A stretch of DNA of 64,000 nucleotides, from NCBI GenBank assembly GCA_963675755.2, contig CAXXMD010000002.1, positions 1,312,001 to 1,376,000 on the forward strand, written 5' to 3'. The stretch comes from a bacterium. Its GTDB lineage: Bacteria; Zhuqueibacterota; Zhuqueibacteria; Residuimicrobiales; Krinioviventaceae. Shown in pieces: positions 41,166-49,533 of the stretch (position 1 is the stretch's first letter; each line of letters opens with the position of its first letter). The notes beneath the pieces are model-generated. The model had not been told where the DNA came from. It saw only the letters and a list, made by a program, of their open reading frames with translations, and ran no database searches. The translations under genes and the position numbers were made by a program.

Positions 41166-41957
41166 TTAATTATAATATCCGTTTTCAAATTGCTGCATAG
41201 ATGCTTTAAAGCGAGAGACTAACAGTTGAGTATATTCATGACCTGGATTGCGAATGATATCCACGGTCTTGCCGGACTCTACAATTGAACCCTTTTTCAT
41301 TACATAGATATAATCAGAAAAATGTGATGCAATTGCAATATCATGCGTAATAAACAGCAAAGACTTTTCCTGTTTTACCAGCCCGGTTAATAATGACATG
41401 ATATCATATTTCAATACGGCGTCAATTCCGGATGTTGGTTCATCCGCAATGATCAGCTCTGGGTTTGCGGCAAGAGCAAGAGCAATCATGGCTCTTTGTC
41501 GCATGCCTCCACTCAACTGATGGGGATATAATTTATAAATACGTTTTGATCCAAGCCCAACCTGCTCCAACCATGAACAAGCTGTATCCTTGGGATTTTT
41601 TATATGATGATGCTTTAAGACTTTTACAATTTGTTGACCAATAGTATATACAGGATTCAATGCCAACAAGGGTTCCTGAAAAACATAACCCAATTGACTG
41701 CCACGATACCCCGCATAATCAGGTTCATTTACCGGCATTTCCTTATCATTATAACATATCTTGCCGGATTGGAGCGCGCCTTCTTTAAACTGCAACAATC
41801 CCATTATAGCATAACCCAAGGTTGATTTTCCACTACCGGATTCACCAACCAGGGCGGTCACACTTGAGTTTTCAATTTCCAAATTCACATGATCAACAAT
41901 ATATTGATCAGAGTCAGCATACCATACTGAACAATCATTTACTTTGAGTAAAGACAA
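41166..41957 (-). CDS. Oligopeptide ABC ATPase (OppD-like)
   Basis: GESGSGKS, YPHQLSGGMRQR, ADEPT; TTG start after AGGAG. Confidence 0.9.
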   Translation of the reverse strand: MSLLKVNDCSVWYADSDQYIVDHVNLEIENSSVTALVGESGSGKSTLGYAIMGLLQFKEGALQSGKICYNDKEMPVNEPDYAGYRGSQLGYVFQEPLLALNPVYTIGQQIVKVLKHHHIKNPKDTACSWLEQVGLGSKRIYKLYPHQLSGGMRQRAMIALALAANPELIIADEPTSGIDAVLKYDIMSLLTGLVKQEKSLLFITHDIAIASHFSDYIYVMKKGSIVESGKTVDIIRNPGHEYTQLLVSRFKASMQQFENGYYN

Positions 41958-42273
41958 TTTGGAAACTCCTATACTGTCGAAAAATACGGCACACTCTTCA
42001 GACGAAGAACCGAAAAAAGGACGCAATTCGTAAAAACATCAATACAAATAGGTAAAAACTACTCACCACGCTTAAATCTATATAAACGTGCTGTATAATG
42101 CAAGTACTTTTTTGTATTTTTCTGCACCTTTTCTCCACCATTACAGATCAATGCGCAATTAACTACTATTATTTCGCAAAAATATAGTAACTATATATAA
42201 TGATAAATATAGCAATGCTATCACTACAAAAATTGTACCGTAAAGAAAGATTGAAACGTTGTGGTGAGAATTT

Positions 42274-43596
42274 TTATGAATTTAATAATTGTTCATTTTC
42301 GGCAACAGCGTATGTACAAACAATATCCCCAGTAACATTATTAGCTGTTTCAAACATATCAAGTATAGGATTTATCCCCAATGCAATAGCAACAATGACT
42401 GCTGTCTGATCAGCGCCCAAACCCATGGTTTGCAGAATAATAAATAATAACATCAGACTTCCACCGGGTACACCGCCCGCCCCAATTGACGCCAGAACAG
42501 TTGTTAAAACCAATACAAGTAAATCTGACAATGTATGAGGTATTCCAAACATATTTGCAGCCAGCATGGCAAACATGGGCAGATGCACACAAACACCATC
42601 CATATTTATCGTCGCCCCCAGGGGTAGTGAAAAACTGGCCAGCTCGTTTTTTATTTTCAAATCTTCTTCAGCAACCCTAATGGAAACCGGTAATGTGGCC
42701 GCACTGCTTCGTGTTATAAATGCGGTGATGATTGCTTCCTGAATACGGCGAAAAACAGGATAAGGATTTTTCCGGGTAACAATCAAAATCAACAGAGCAT
42801 ATACCACAAACATCATGCATAAAATACCTGCCACAATACCCAAAGTGACTTTAACATACGGTCCTACTATATTGGGACCATAAAGACTGAAATTTACAAC
42901 CGATAATGCAAACACACCAATAGGCGAGTATTCAAGAATCCAATCCACCAATTTAAACATCACATCCCGTACCGATGTAAACATATCCACGAGAGCATTT
43001 AAACGACGTTCAAGCTCTTCACTTGGATCAGCCTCCAATGAAACTCTGATACCCAACCCAAACATTATTGAAAATACAATAATGGATAAAAAATTACCCT
43101 CACTCAATGCCTGAAATGGATTTTGAAACATGCTCAACAAAATACCGGTAAAACCTTGAGATGTATTGGATCTCTGTTCAAGCTCTCCAGCTTGACTTGC
43201 CAGACTGGATGCCATTTTTTCCCAACCACCAAGGTCTGCGCCCCCACCGGGATTTATTGCTATGGCCAGCACAACCCCAACCAATGCGGCCAAAAGTGAA
43301 CACAGCAAATACCAGGAAATAACTTTAACTCCAATCCGTCCGAAACGTTTAATCGGCAAACTTGCAGCACCCACTACAAGAGAAAAGAAAATGACAGGTA
43401 TAACAATCATTTTCAGCATATTTACCAATATTGTCCCAAAGGGTGCAATATAAGTAATGACGCTATCCGTTATATTTGAACCACTCGCATTCGTAAAAAA
43501 CCAAAGCGCCGCCCCTGCCAACGCACCCAATACAAACCCAACAAATATTCTTAAAACCAACGATGTGTTCAAATATGCACGAATCAGAGTCTTCAT
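42274..43596 (-). CDS. Dicarboxylate/amino acid:cation symporter (DAACS family)
   Basis: RSSAATLP, LPLGATINMDG, GVPGG, DMFETANNVTGD. Confidence 0.9.
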   Translation of the reverse strand: MKTLIRAYLNTSLVLRIFVGFVLGALAGAALWFFTNASGSNITDSVITYIAPFGTILVNMLKMIVIPVIFFSLVVGAASLPIKRFGRIGVKVISWYLLCSLLAALVGVVLAIAINPGGGADLGGWEKMASSLASQAGELEQRSNTSQGFTGILLSMFQNPFQALSEGNFLSIIVFSIMFGLGIRVSLEADPSEELERRLNALVDMFTSVRDVMFKLVDWILEYSPIGVFALSVVNFSLYGPNIVGPYVKVTLGIVAGILCMMFVVYALLILIVTRKNPYPVFRRIQEAIITAFITRSSAATLPVSIRVAEEDLKIKNELASFSLPLGATINMDGVCVHLPMFAMLAANMFGIPHTLSDLLVLVLTTVLASIGAGGVPGGSLMLLFIILQTMGLGADQTAVIVAIALGINPILDMFETANNVTGDIVCTYAVAENEQLLNS

Positions 43597-43610
43597 ATTG
43601 CTTCCCAAAG

Positions 43611-44255
43611 CTAGAGTGTTATGCCTGCAAACAGTTTAGTAAAGAAACCAACAAAAGGCCAGATTATTCTACCGAGTATAGATACGTTTGTACTGTGCCC
43701 CAGTATAATCAAACCTAAAAGAACCAGGGGGCCATATCTTTCAAGAGGAATCACCCAATGTTCATATTGCCTGGGCAGAATCCCAAATAATATTTTAGAT
43801 CCATCCAGCGGGGCAATGGGTAAAATATTAAAGATGGCCAATGCCAGATTGATTTGCAAAGAAAAAAACAACATCATGTACAATATTCTTATCCAGGGCA
43901 TCTGCGCAGCATCTAAACCCATAGAGACCAATACCCGCATCAAAATCCCGCTCAACAACGCGAGTACCATATTAGAGACAGGACCAGCAAGACTGATCCA
44001 CAGCATGTCCCGCTTGGGATTTTGCAGATTCATTCCATTTACCGGTACGGGTTTGGCCCAGCCAAAATGTACCAAAAAGATCATAACCGTTCCCACCAGA
44101 TCCAAATGTCTGAGGGGATTCAAAGACAATCGGCCCATTTGCTTGGCAGTGTCATCTCCCAATCGGAACGCTGCAAAAGCATGTGAGAACTCGTGCAAAG
44201 TTAATGCAAGTAAAATAGGGGGTGCAATTAATATCAGTGTATTTAAATCCATCAA
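43611..44255 (-). CDS. Site-2 protease (M50 family)
   Basis: HEFSH, AGPVSN, FNILPIAPLDG. Confidence 0.9.
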   Translation of the reverse strand: MMDLNTLILIAPPILLALTLHEFSHAFAAFRLGDDTAKQMGRLSLNPLRHLDLVGTVMIFLVHFGWAKPVPVNGMNLQNPKRDMLWISLAGPVSNMVLALLSGILMRVLVSMGLDAAQMPWIRILYMMLFFSLQINLALAIFNILPIAPLDGSKILFGILPRQYEHWVIPLERYGPLVLLGLIILGHSTNVSILGRIIWPFVGFFTKLFAGITL

Positions 44256-44404
44256 TAATCCTGTTTATTATCAAAAAATTTTATCATTTGTTAATATACA
44301 ATATATTTTTGTAACATGTAAAATATTTTAGCGTATACAATTTGTTAATGGTATTTCGGCGCATGAATTACACGAACGACCACGCTAACATGGAGGGTTT
44401 TTCC

Positions 44405-46639
44405 TTGAACGCTAAACGCTACCTTTCTATCACCTTTTTATCAATCACACTTGTTTCTCTTGAAATCATCTGGACGCGAATTTTCTCCGCGGAATTCTTT
44501 TATACTTTTGCGTTTCTGATTATTTCACTCACCATTCTGGGGATGGGGTTAGGTTCTCTTGCATTGAGATTGTTTCAAAAATTGAGTAATCCTGACAGGC
44601 TATGGGTATACCTATCATTGACAGGACTCTTTGCCATGACCTGCCCACCCGCTGCGGTCAAGCTGGGGATGCAATACTCTCAGCTGTTCAGCAATCCACT
44701 TATGATTTTGAAATTTGTAGCTACTGTAATTATTCTGGGCCTCCCCTTTTTCTTTGGGGGAATGGTTTTGGGTATATTTTTCAAATCCGGTCACAAAGAA
44801 ATGCCCAAGCTCTACATGGCTGACCTTATCGGTGCAGGTGCCGGTGTTGTCATCTCTGTATTGCTTATGAATACCGCAGGAACATTGAATGCGGTTTTTT
44901 TAGCAGCCTTACCCGCTCTGCTGGCAGCACTGTTAATGGGAAAAAGATTAAATCGATTGATTCCCATTGTGCTGATCGCTTTACCCTTTATTGCGCTGCC
45001 CTTTTCATCTCAATTATTAGAAAAACAACGCGAAGAACGGGCCCCCGTAATTTATACTCACTGGGATGCCATGGCTAAAATCAAGCTCTATGAATACAGT
45101 GAACTGTATCGCGGAATCAACATTGACAACGCGGCCAACAGTCCGGTTTACAAATTTGATGGAGATTGGAACAAGCCGGACTCGCTTAAATTTGAATTCG
45201 GGATCAGCATAGAAAACCTGATCAAACGTTTTGACAACTGTACCTTTATGTCACTCGGCGCCGGTGGCGGAGGAGATGTTGTTCAGGCACTGCAATATGG
45301 AGCAACAAAAGTACATGCGGTTGAAGTCAATCCGCATATCAACGATTTATTAAAAACCGGAATGCTGGCTGATTATTCGGGACAAATCTATAACGATCCC
45401 CGCGTCATTGTTGCAACCGAAGATGCCCGTACCTATGTTCGCCGGCACAAGAATACGTTTGATGTAATCTTTTCACTCAGTTCAAACACGTTTGCCGCAT
45501 TGGCATCAGGATCTTTTGCGCTGGCTGAAAACTATCTTTTTACCGTAGAAGCCTTTGAGGATTATTACACAGCTCTGTCTGACAGCGGATTTATGATGAT
45601 GGAACACCAATTTTACATGCCCCGCATGACGAGTGAAGTGATATTGGCGTTACAAAACCTGGGAATTGAGAATCCCAAAGACTATTTCTGTATTTATGAC
45701 CTTCCGCAAATGCGACGTAACGTATTACTATTGAGCAAAAAGCCGCTTACGGAAGATATACGTCAAAACGCCTTGGGTACCTTAACTGCTGAAAATTATC
45801 CCAATATCCACCTGCTCTATCCGTCACCAGATTCTACGGCAGACAATCTGGTAAACCGGGTTGTACAGGAAGGCTGGAAATCCGTACAACCGGATGCAAA
45901 CATAAATCTTTCTCCCTGTACTGACAATAGACCCTTTACCGCCCAGCTGGGTATGTGGAAAAATCTGGACCGCGAAAATCTCGATACGGTTCAACCCTGG
46001 GAGTTTAAAGGCTTCCCCTTGTCGAAAATGCTGATTGTGATCATTCTTGCGGTGATAACCATTCTTGTTATCCCCTTGAATCTGTTGCCCTTTATAAAAC
46101 GTGGCAGTAAAATGGGATTCTCAGGCTGGCTCTACTTTTTTGCCATCGGTGTTGCTTTTATGGTAGTAGAGATTGTACTGATACAGCGTTATACTCTGCT
46201 CATTGGTCCATCATCATATACCTTTGTGACCATTCTGTTCACCATCCTGATTGGCTCTGGTATTGGCAGCCGATATTCGACTAAATTCAACTCTAAAACT
46301 CCATTTATCGCCATTCTTCTGTTAATCGCATTTGAGATATTAATAGCACCGTTCATTACCGGCAATCTCGTAGGATTGGGCATGACTGCCAGAATGCTGT
46401 TCACGGCAATTCTGATACTCCCCCTCTCTTTTTTTATGGGCATGCCCTTTCCCAAAGGCGGTATCAAAGCCGGTGAATCCATTGATTGGGGATTCGCGGT
46501 CAATGGTGCGGCATCGGTATTGGGATCAACCGCCATTATGCTGGTCTCCTTTAGTTACGGGTTTATTTCGTCCATGTGCATTGGAGCAGCATTCTATTTA
46601 CTGGCCATGGGAATGTTGAATGTAAAAAAAGGATGGTAA
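44405..46639 (+). CDS. Membrane protein fused to a spermidine-synthase-like SAM-binding domain
   Basis: TM blocks at both ends; LGAGGGGD, VEVNP, EDARTY, ENYLFTVEAF. Confidence 0.75.
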   Translation: MNAKRYLSITFLSITLVSLEIIWTRIFSAEFFYTFAFLIISLTILGMGLGSLALRLFQKLSNPDRLWVYLSLTGLFAMTCPPAAVKLGMQYSQLFSNPLMILKFVATVIILGLPFFFGGMVLGIFFKSGHKEMPKLYMADLIGAGAGVVISVLLMNTAGTLNAVFLAALPALLAALLMGKRLNRLIPIVLIALPFIALPFSSQLLEKQREERAPVIYTHWDAMAKIKLYEYSELYRGINIDNAANSPVYKFDGDWNKPDSLKFEFGISIENLIKRFDNCTFMSLGAGGGGDVVQALQYGATKVHAVEVNPHINDLLKTGMLADYSGQIYNDPRVIVATEDARTYVRRHKNTFDVIFSLSSNTFAALASGSFALAENYLFTVEAFEDYYTALSDSGFMMMEHQFYMPRMTSEVILALQNLGIENPKDYFCIYDLPQMRRNVLLLSKKPLTEDIRQNALGTLTAENYPNIHLLYPSPDSTADNLVNRVVQEGWKSVQPDANINLSPCTDNRPFTAQLGMWKNLDRENLDTVQPWEFKGFPLSKMLIVIILAVITILVIPLNLLPFIKRGSKMGFSGWLYFFAIGVAFMVVEIVLIQRYTLLIGPSSYTFVTILFTILIGSGIGSRYSTKFNSKTPFIAILLLIAFEILIAPFITGNLVGLGMTARMLFTAILILPLSFFMGMPFPKGGIKAGESIDWGFAVNGAASVLGSTAIMLVSFSYGFISSMCIGAAFYLLAMGMLNVKKGW

Positions 46640-46681
46640 TACCGTAAGATGTGAAATGGCAAATGTGAGACGTGATTTTAT

Positions 46682-46716
46682 AAACGCAGGGCAACTATTT
46701 GTTCTGCGTTTTTTTT
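46682..46716 (+). terminator. Intrinsic terminator
   Basis: AAACGCAGGGCAA-ctat-TTGTTCTGCGTTT followed by a T-tract. Confidence 0.75.
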
Positions 46717-46933
46717 GATTGCGTTGCAGATTTCCGCATCGCTGAATAATCCTTCGGGACATTTGTCCCGTTAATCCTCACCTATTCAAATTAAACCTGG
46801 TGAGATAATCCCCCAGAGCATACGAAACTGAGTAAAGAGGTATAATCAGAGTTGTGACTGAGACAGCCTCTCCCATGATCAGTTTTACAAGATCAATTCA
46901 ATCCTATCATCCTTTAATCCTACAAATCATAAT

Positions 46934-47029
46934 TCAGACAAAAAATACGCCGGCTACTGCTTGGTTAGCAGTGAGACGGCGCTTAAAGTTGTAATCCAGT
47001 GTTACAGGCTTGAGTAACGTACAATTCAT
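46934..47029 (-). CDS. Candidate 31-aa small ORF (MNCTLLKPVTLDYNFKRRLTANQAVAGVFFV)
   Basis: AAGGAG RBS 5 nt before the ATG; its 3' end overlaps a GC-rich hairpin with U-tract. Confidence 0.3.
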   Translation of the reverse strand: MNCTLLKPVTLDYNFKRRLTANQAVAGVFFV

Positions 47030-47146
47030 TATAGCTCCTTTTTTTGTTGTGTTAATTATGGCTAGATAATTATAAAACAATCAGGGGAGCTATATCTTTC
47101 ATTTCAAAAACTCTTACTTTTTAACATAAAGTCTACAAACTACCAG

Positions 47147-47575
47147 TTAAATAATTGTATTTTTAGAGTTATTGAGTGATCGATCCATTTTCACCCAACG
47201 TAATCTGAACACTAAATCTCGACCAGGAAGGTAAATATTACTAAATTGAACAGGTATAAGTAAAATTATTGCAATCACTATTAAATGATGAAAATGAAAT
47301 GCAGAAATTAGTAATAAAGACGTAGCAAAATGATTGATAATAAACTTGATAATTGTAAAAATTTTTCTTGAATCTTTTTCAATTCTAACTTTACTGAATA
47401 ATGTACCAATAGAATTACTATTACGAGTGAAAAATACTATAAGCAATATATCAATAAAATATATAATGCCGAAGCCTATACCAAAATCAAATTTAAGTTG
47501 ATAATAAAATATCAATGTTTGTATAAAAGCAATCATAAGATCTATTATGGTTGCCATAACTCTTTTGAATAACAT
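47147..47575 (-). CDS. RDD-like small membrane protein, very AT-rich
   Basis: KRVMATIID N-terminus, SIG..F.KVR, hydrophobic segments. Confidence 0.55.
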   Translation of the reverse strand: MLFKRVMATIIDLMIAFIQTLIFYYQLKFDFGIGFGIIYFIDILLIVFFTRNSNSIGTLFSKVRIEKDSRKIFTIIKFIINHFATSLLLISAFHFHHLIVIAIILLIPVQFSNIYLPGRDLVFRLRWVKMDRSLNNSKNTII

Positions 47576-47599
47576 ACTAAATCCTCTATTTCTTAGTTC

Positions 47600-47622
47600 G
47601 TAACCTGAGCGTGTCGCCCAGG
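47600..47622 (+). repeat. REP-like palindrome (left of RAYT)
   Basis: GTAA-CCTGAGC-GTGTC-GCCCAGG. Confidence 0.7.
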
Positions 47623-47644
47623 ATTTATACGATTATTCATACAT

Positions 47645-48193
47645 TTATTCCCTATAACTTCCATCAACCGGTTCCGAAAGGGTATCCCCCCAATCCGGAT
47701 CATACCAACCGGTTCTTACATATTTATGAAATGTCGACCAGGGCCACCTCGCTGGATGGTTAACAAATCCATGTTTCACCGGATTATAATGAATATAATC
47801 AAAATGTTTGCTCAAATCATTATCATCTTGTATCACATGCTCCCAATACCGACGCTGCCAGACTGCCGCTTCACGATGTTTTTTACGGACTATATTTCGG
47901 TGACCTTCCCGCCCGTCGTTTTGTAACCACGAACGTGTAAACAAACTTTTTATCATTTTCCAGCGTATGGAGAATTCCGAATCACCATTTGGTAACGTCC
48001 AGATACAATGAATATGGTCCGGTAACAAACACACCGCATCTGTTTTGAACGGATACGCGTATGTTGTTTGTTTCCATGCAGCATGTAAACACTGTCTGGC
48101 TATCGGTTCTGTCAAAAATGGCATCCGGTCAAAGGTTACTACTGTAAAAAAGAATGTTCCACCCGGGACTATTGATCTTCGATAACGAACCAT
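47645..48193 (-). mobile_element. REP-associated tyrosine transposase (RAYT/TnpA-REP, HUH Y1)
   Basis: PGGTFFFTVVT, VCLLPDHIHCIW (HUH), WQRRYWEH, DYIHYNPVKHG, WPWSTF. Confidence 0.92.
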
Positions 48194-48383
48194 GAAATCC
48201 CCTCATGAATAATTTAATAAATTAGCAAAAATTATTTACAAATCAATTACTTTTTGAAATGAAACGTTATATACCCCCAGAGTTGATTCGCTTTAAAAGC
48301 CAGAAAGAAAAAAGGCCGTACCACAAATTTTAGCACTGATTTGATGATTTCAATATAAAGATATTGAAACCGAATGAAAGAAT

Positions 48384-48406
48384 CCTGGGCCACAGGCCCA
48401 GGCTAC
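48384..48406 (-). repeat. REP palindrome (right of RAYT)
   Basis: Minus strand GTAG-CCTGGGC-CTGTG-GCCCAGG, with the canonical GTAG foot. Confidence 0.8.
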
Positions 48407-48516
48407 AAATGTCCTAAAAATATCCCACCTGGTATAAAGATTCCATGCGGTCATGTTTCTGTAACTCAAAATTGAATAACACTTGAAAATGATCATTAAT
48501 TTTCGTATACATTAAT

Positions 48517-48705
48517 ATGAAAATGGATCGCAAAAAAATTGTTATCAAGAATTCAAAAGAAACCCGTGACGAACGGATCAATCTTTTACCTGAAGAGTGT
48601 GTTTTGTTGGTGTGGGAGTTGACAAAAGAAGTGTACGGACTGACAGGAAAACATGATGTTGAACAAAGATTACAAAGAAATGTTGTCAATATTATTAGAA
48701 AATAA
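48517..48705 (+). CDS. Small hypothetical protein overlapping the nucleotidyltransferase gene
   Basis: 62 aa; ...LPEECVLLVWELT...RLQRNVV; overlaps the next ORF. Confidence 0.6.
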   Translation: MKMDRKKIVIKNSKETRDERINLLPEECVLLVWELTKEVYGLTGKHDVEQRLQRNVVNIIRK

Positions 48706-49105
48706 AGTTGAATTTCTGTTGGTGGGTGCCTATGCGATGGCTTTCTATGGATACGTTCGTGCCACTGCCGATATGGATATTTTTATTAATCCGGACAATA
48801 CAAACGCAGCCAAGCTATATCAGGCATTGATAGAATTTGGTGCGCCAATGGAAAATCTGGATATAGAAACCTTTACACAAAAAGGGATTATATTTCAAAT
48901 AGGCGTTGCTCCCAGGCGTATCGACATTATCAATGATATCGATGGAGTGACGTTTAAAGAAGCCTTTAGAGATAAAGATATGATGCACACAGATGGATTG
49001 GAAATACCTGTCATTTCCAAAGAAAAGCTAATACAAAACAAGAAATCTTCAGGAAGAAAAAAAGACGAACTTGATGTTGAAAATTTGGAAAACCAATCAA
49101 CCTAA
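48653..49105 (+). CDS. Minimal nucleotidyltransferase-family protein (DUF6036-like)
   Basis: FLLVGAYAM..YG.VRATADMDI, RIDI, LIQNKKSSGRKKDELD. Confidence 0.8.
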   Translation: MMLNKDYKEMLSILLENKVEFLLVGAYAMAFYGYVRATADMDIFINPDNTNAAKLYQALIEFGAPMENLDIETFTQKGIIFQIGVAPRRIDIINDIDGVTFKEAFRDKDMMHTDGLEIPVISKEKLIQNKKSSGRKKDELDVENLENQST

Positions 49106-49112
49106 TCTCATA

Positions 49113-49437
49113 GATCGTGATGCAGATATCTGCATCACGCATATTAAATAGAGACATTAGTCCCGTAAAGACTAGCCTGTCAAAGTTTACCACATAAGAA
49201 GAAAAATACAGAACAACTATCCTGTAAAATATCCCACCCGGCATATATATGCCGGGCGATCATGTTGATTTATTATTGGTAGTTGCAAAAGTCATGACAG
49301 TTACTGATCGTGATGCAGATGTCTGCATCACGGAATATTCATTCGGGACATTCGTCCCGTAAAGCCTGGCCTGTGCAAATTTTACCACATAAGAAGAAAA
49401 ATACAGGACAAATGTCCTGAAAATATACCGGGCGATC
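49113..49437. repeat. Two direct copies of a ~130-150-bp multi-palindrome element (49113-49261 and 49306-49437)
   Basis: Each runs GATCG...CGATC and contains CGTGATGCAGAT.TCTGCATCACG, CGGGACATT.GTCCCG-like, CAGGACAAATGTCCTG-like and CCCGGCATATATATGCCGGG-like hairpins. Confidence 0.85.
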
Positions 49438-49533
49438 ATGTCAGAAATTTTAAATATTGATTACATTGTCCCCAATAACAATTTCCCCTGTCATTTCACG
49501 TTTCACATTTGCCGTTTAACGTCTGCCGACTCA

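Noticed and set aside
43611-44255. M50 protease as a pheromone-maturing enzyme for the signalling island
   Set aside because: It is a common short housekeeping-type S2P, coupled to the DAACS transporter and separated from the opp genes. Proximity is the only support.
46900-46941. AATCCT-type short repeats (aatcctatcatcctttaatcctacaaatcataattcagac)
   Set aside because: Resembles a low-complexity dispersed intergenic repeat; a single degenerate copy with nothing further to support a function.
49113-49437. Possible CRISPR array or integron attC sites
   Set aside because: Units are 130-150 bp, in only two full copies, with conserved internal sequence. There are no unique spacers, cas genes, integrase or RYYYAAC/GTTRRRY ends.
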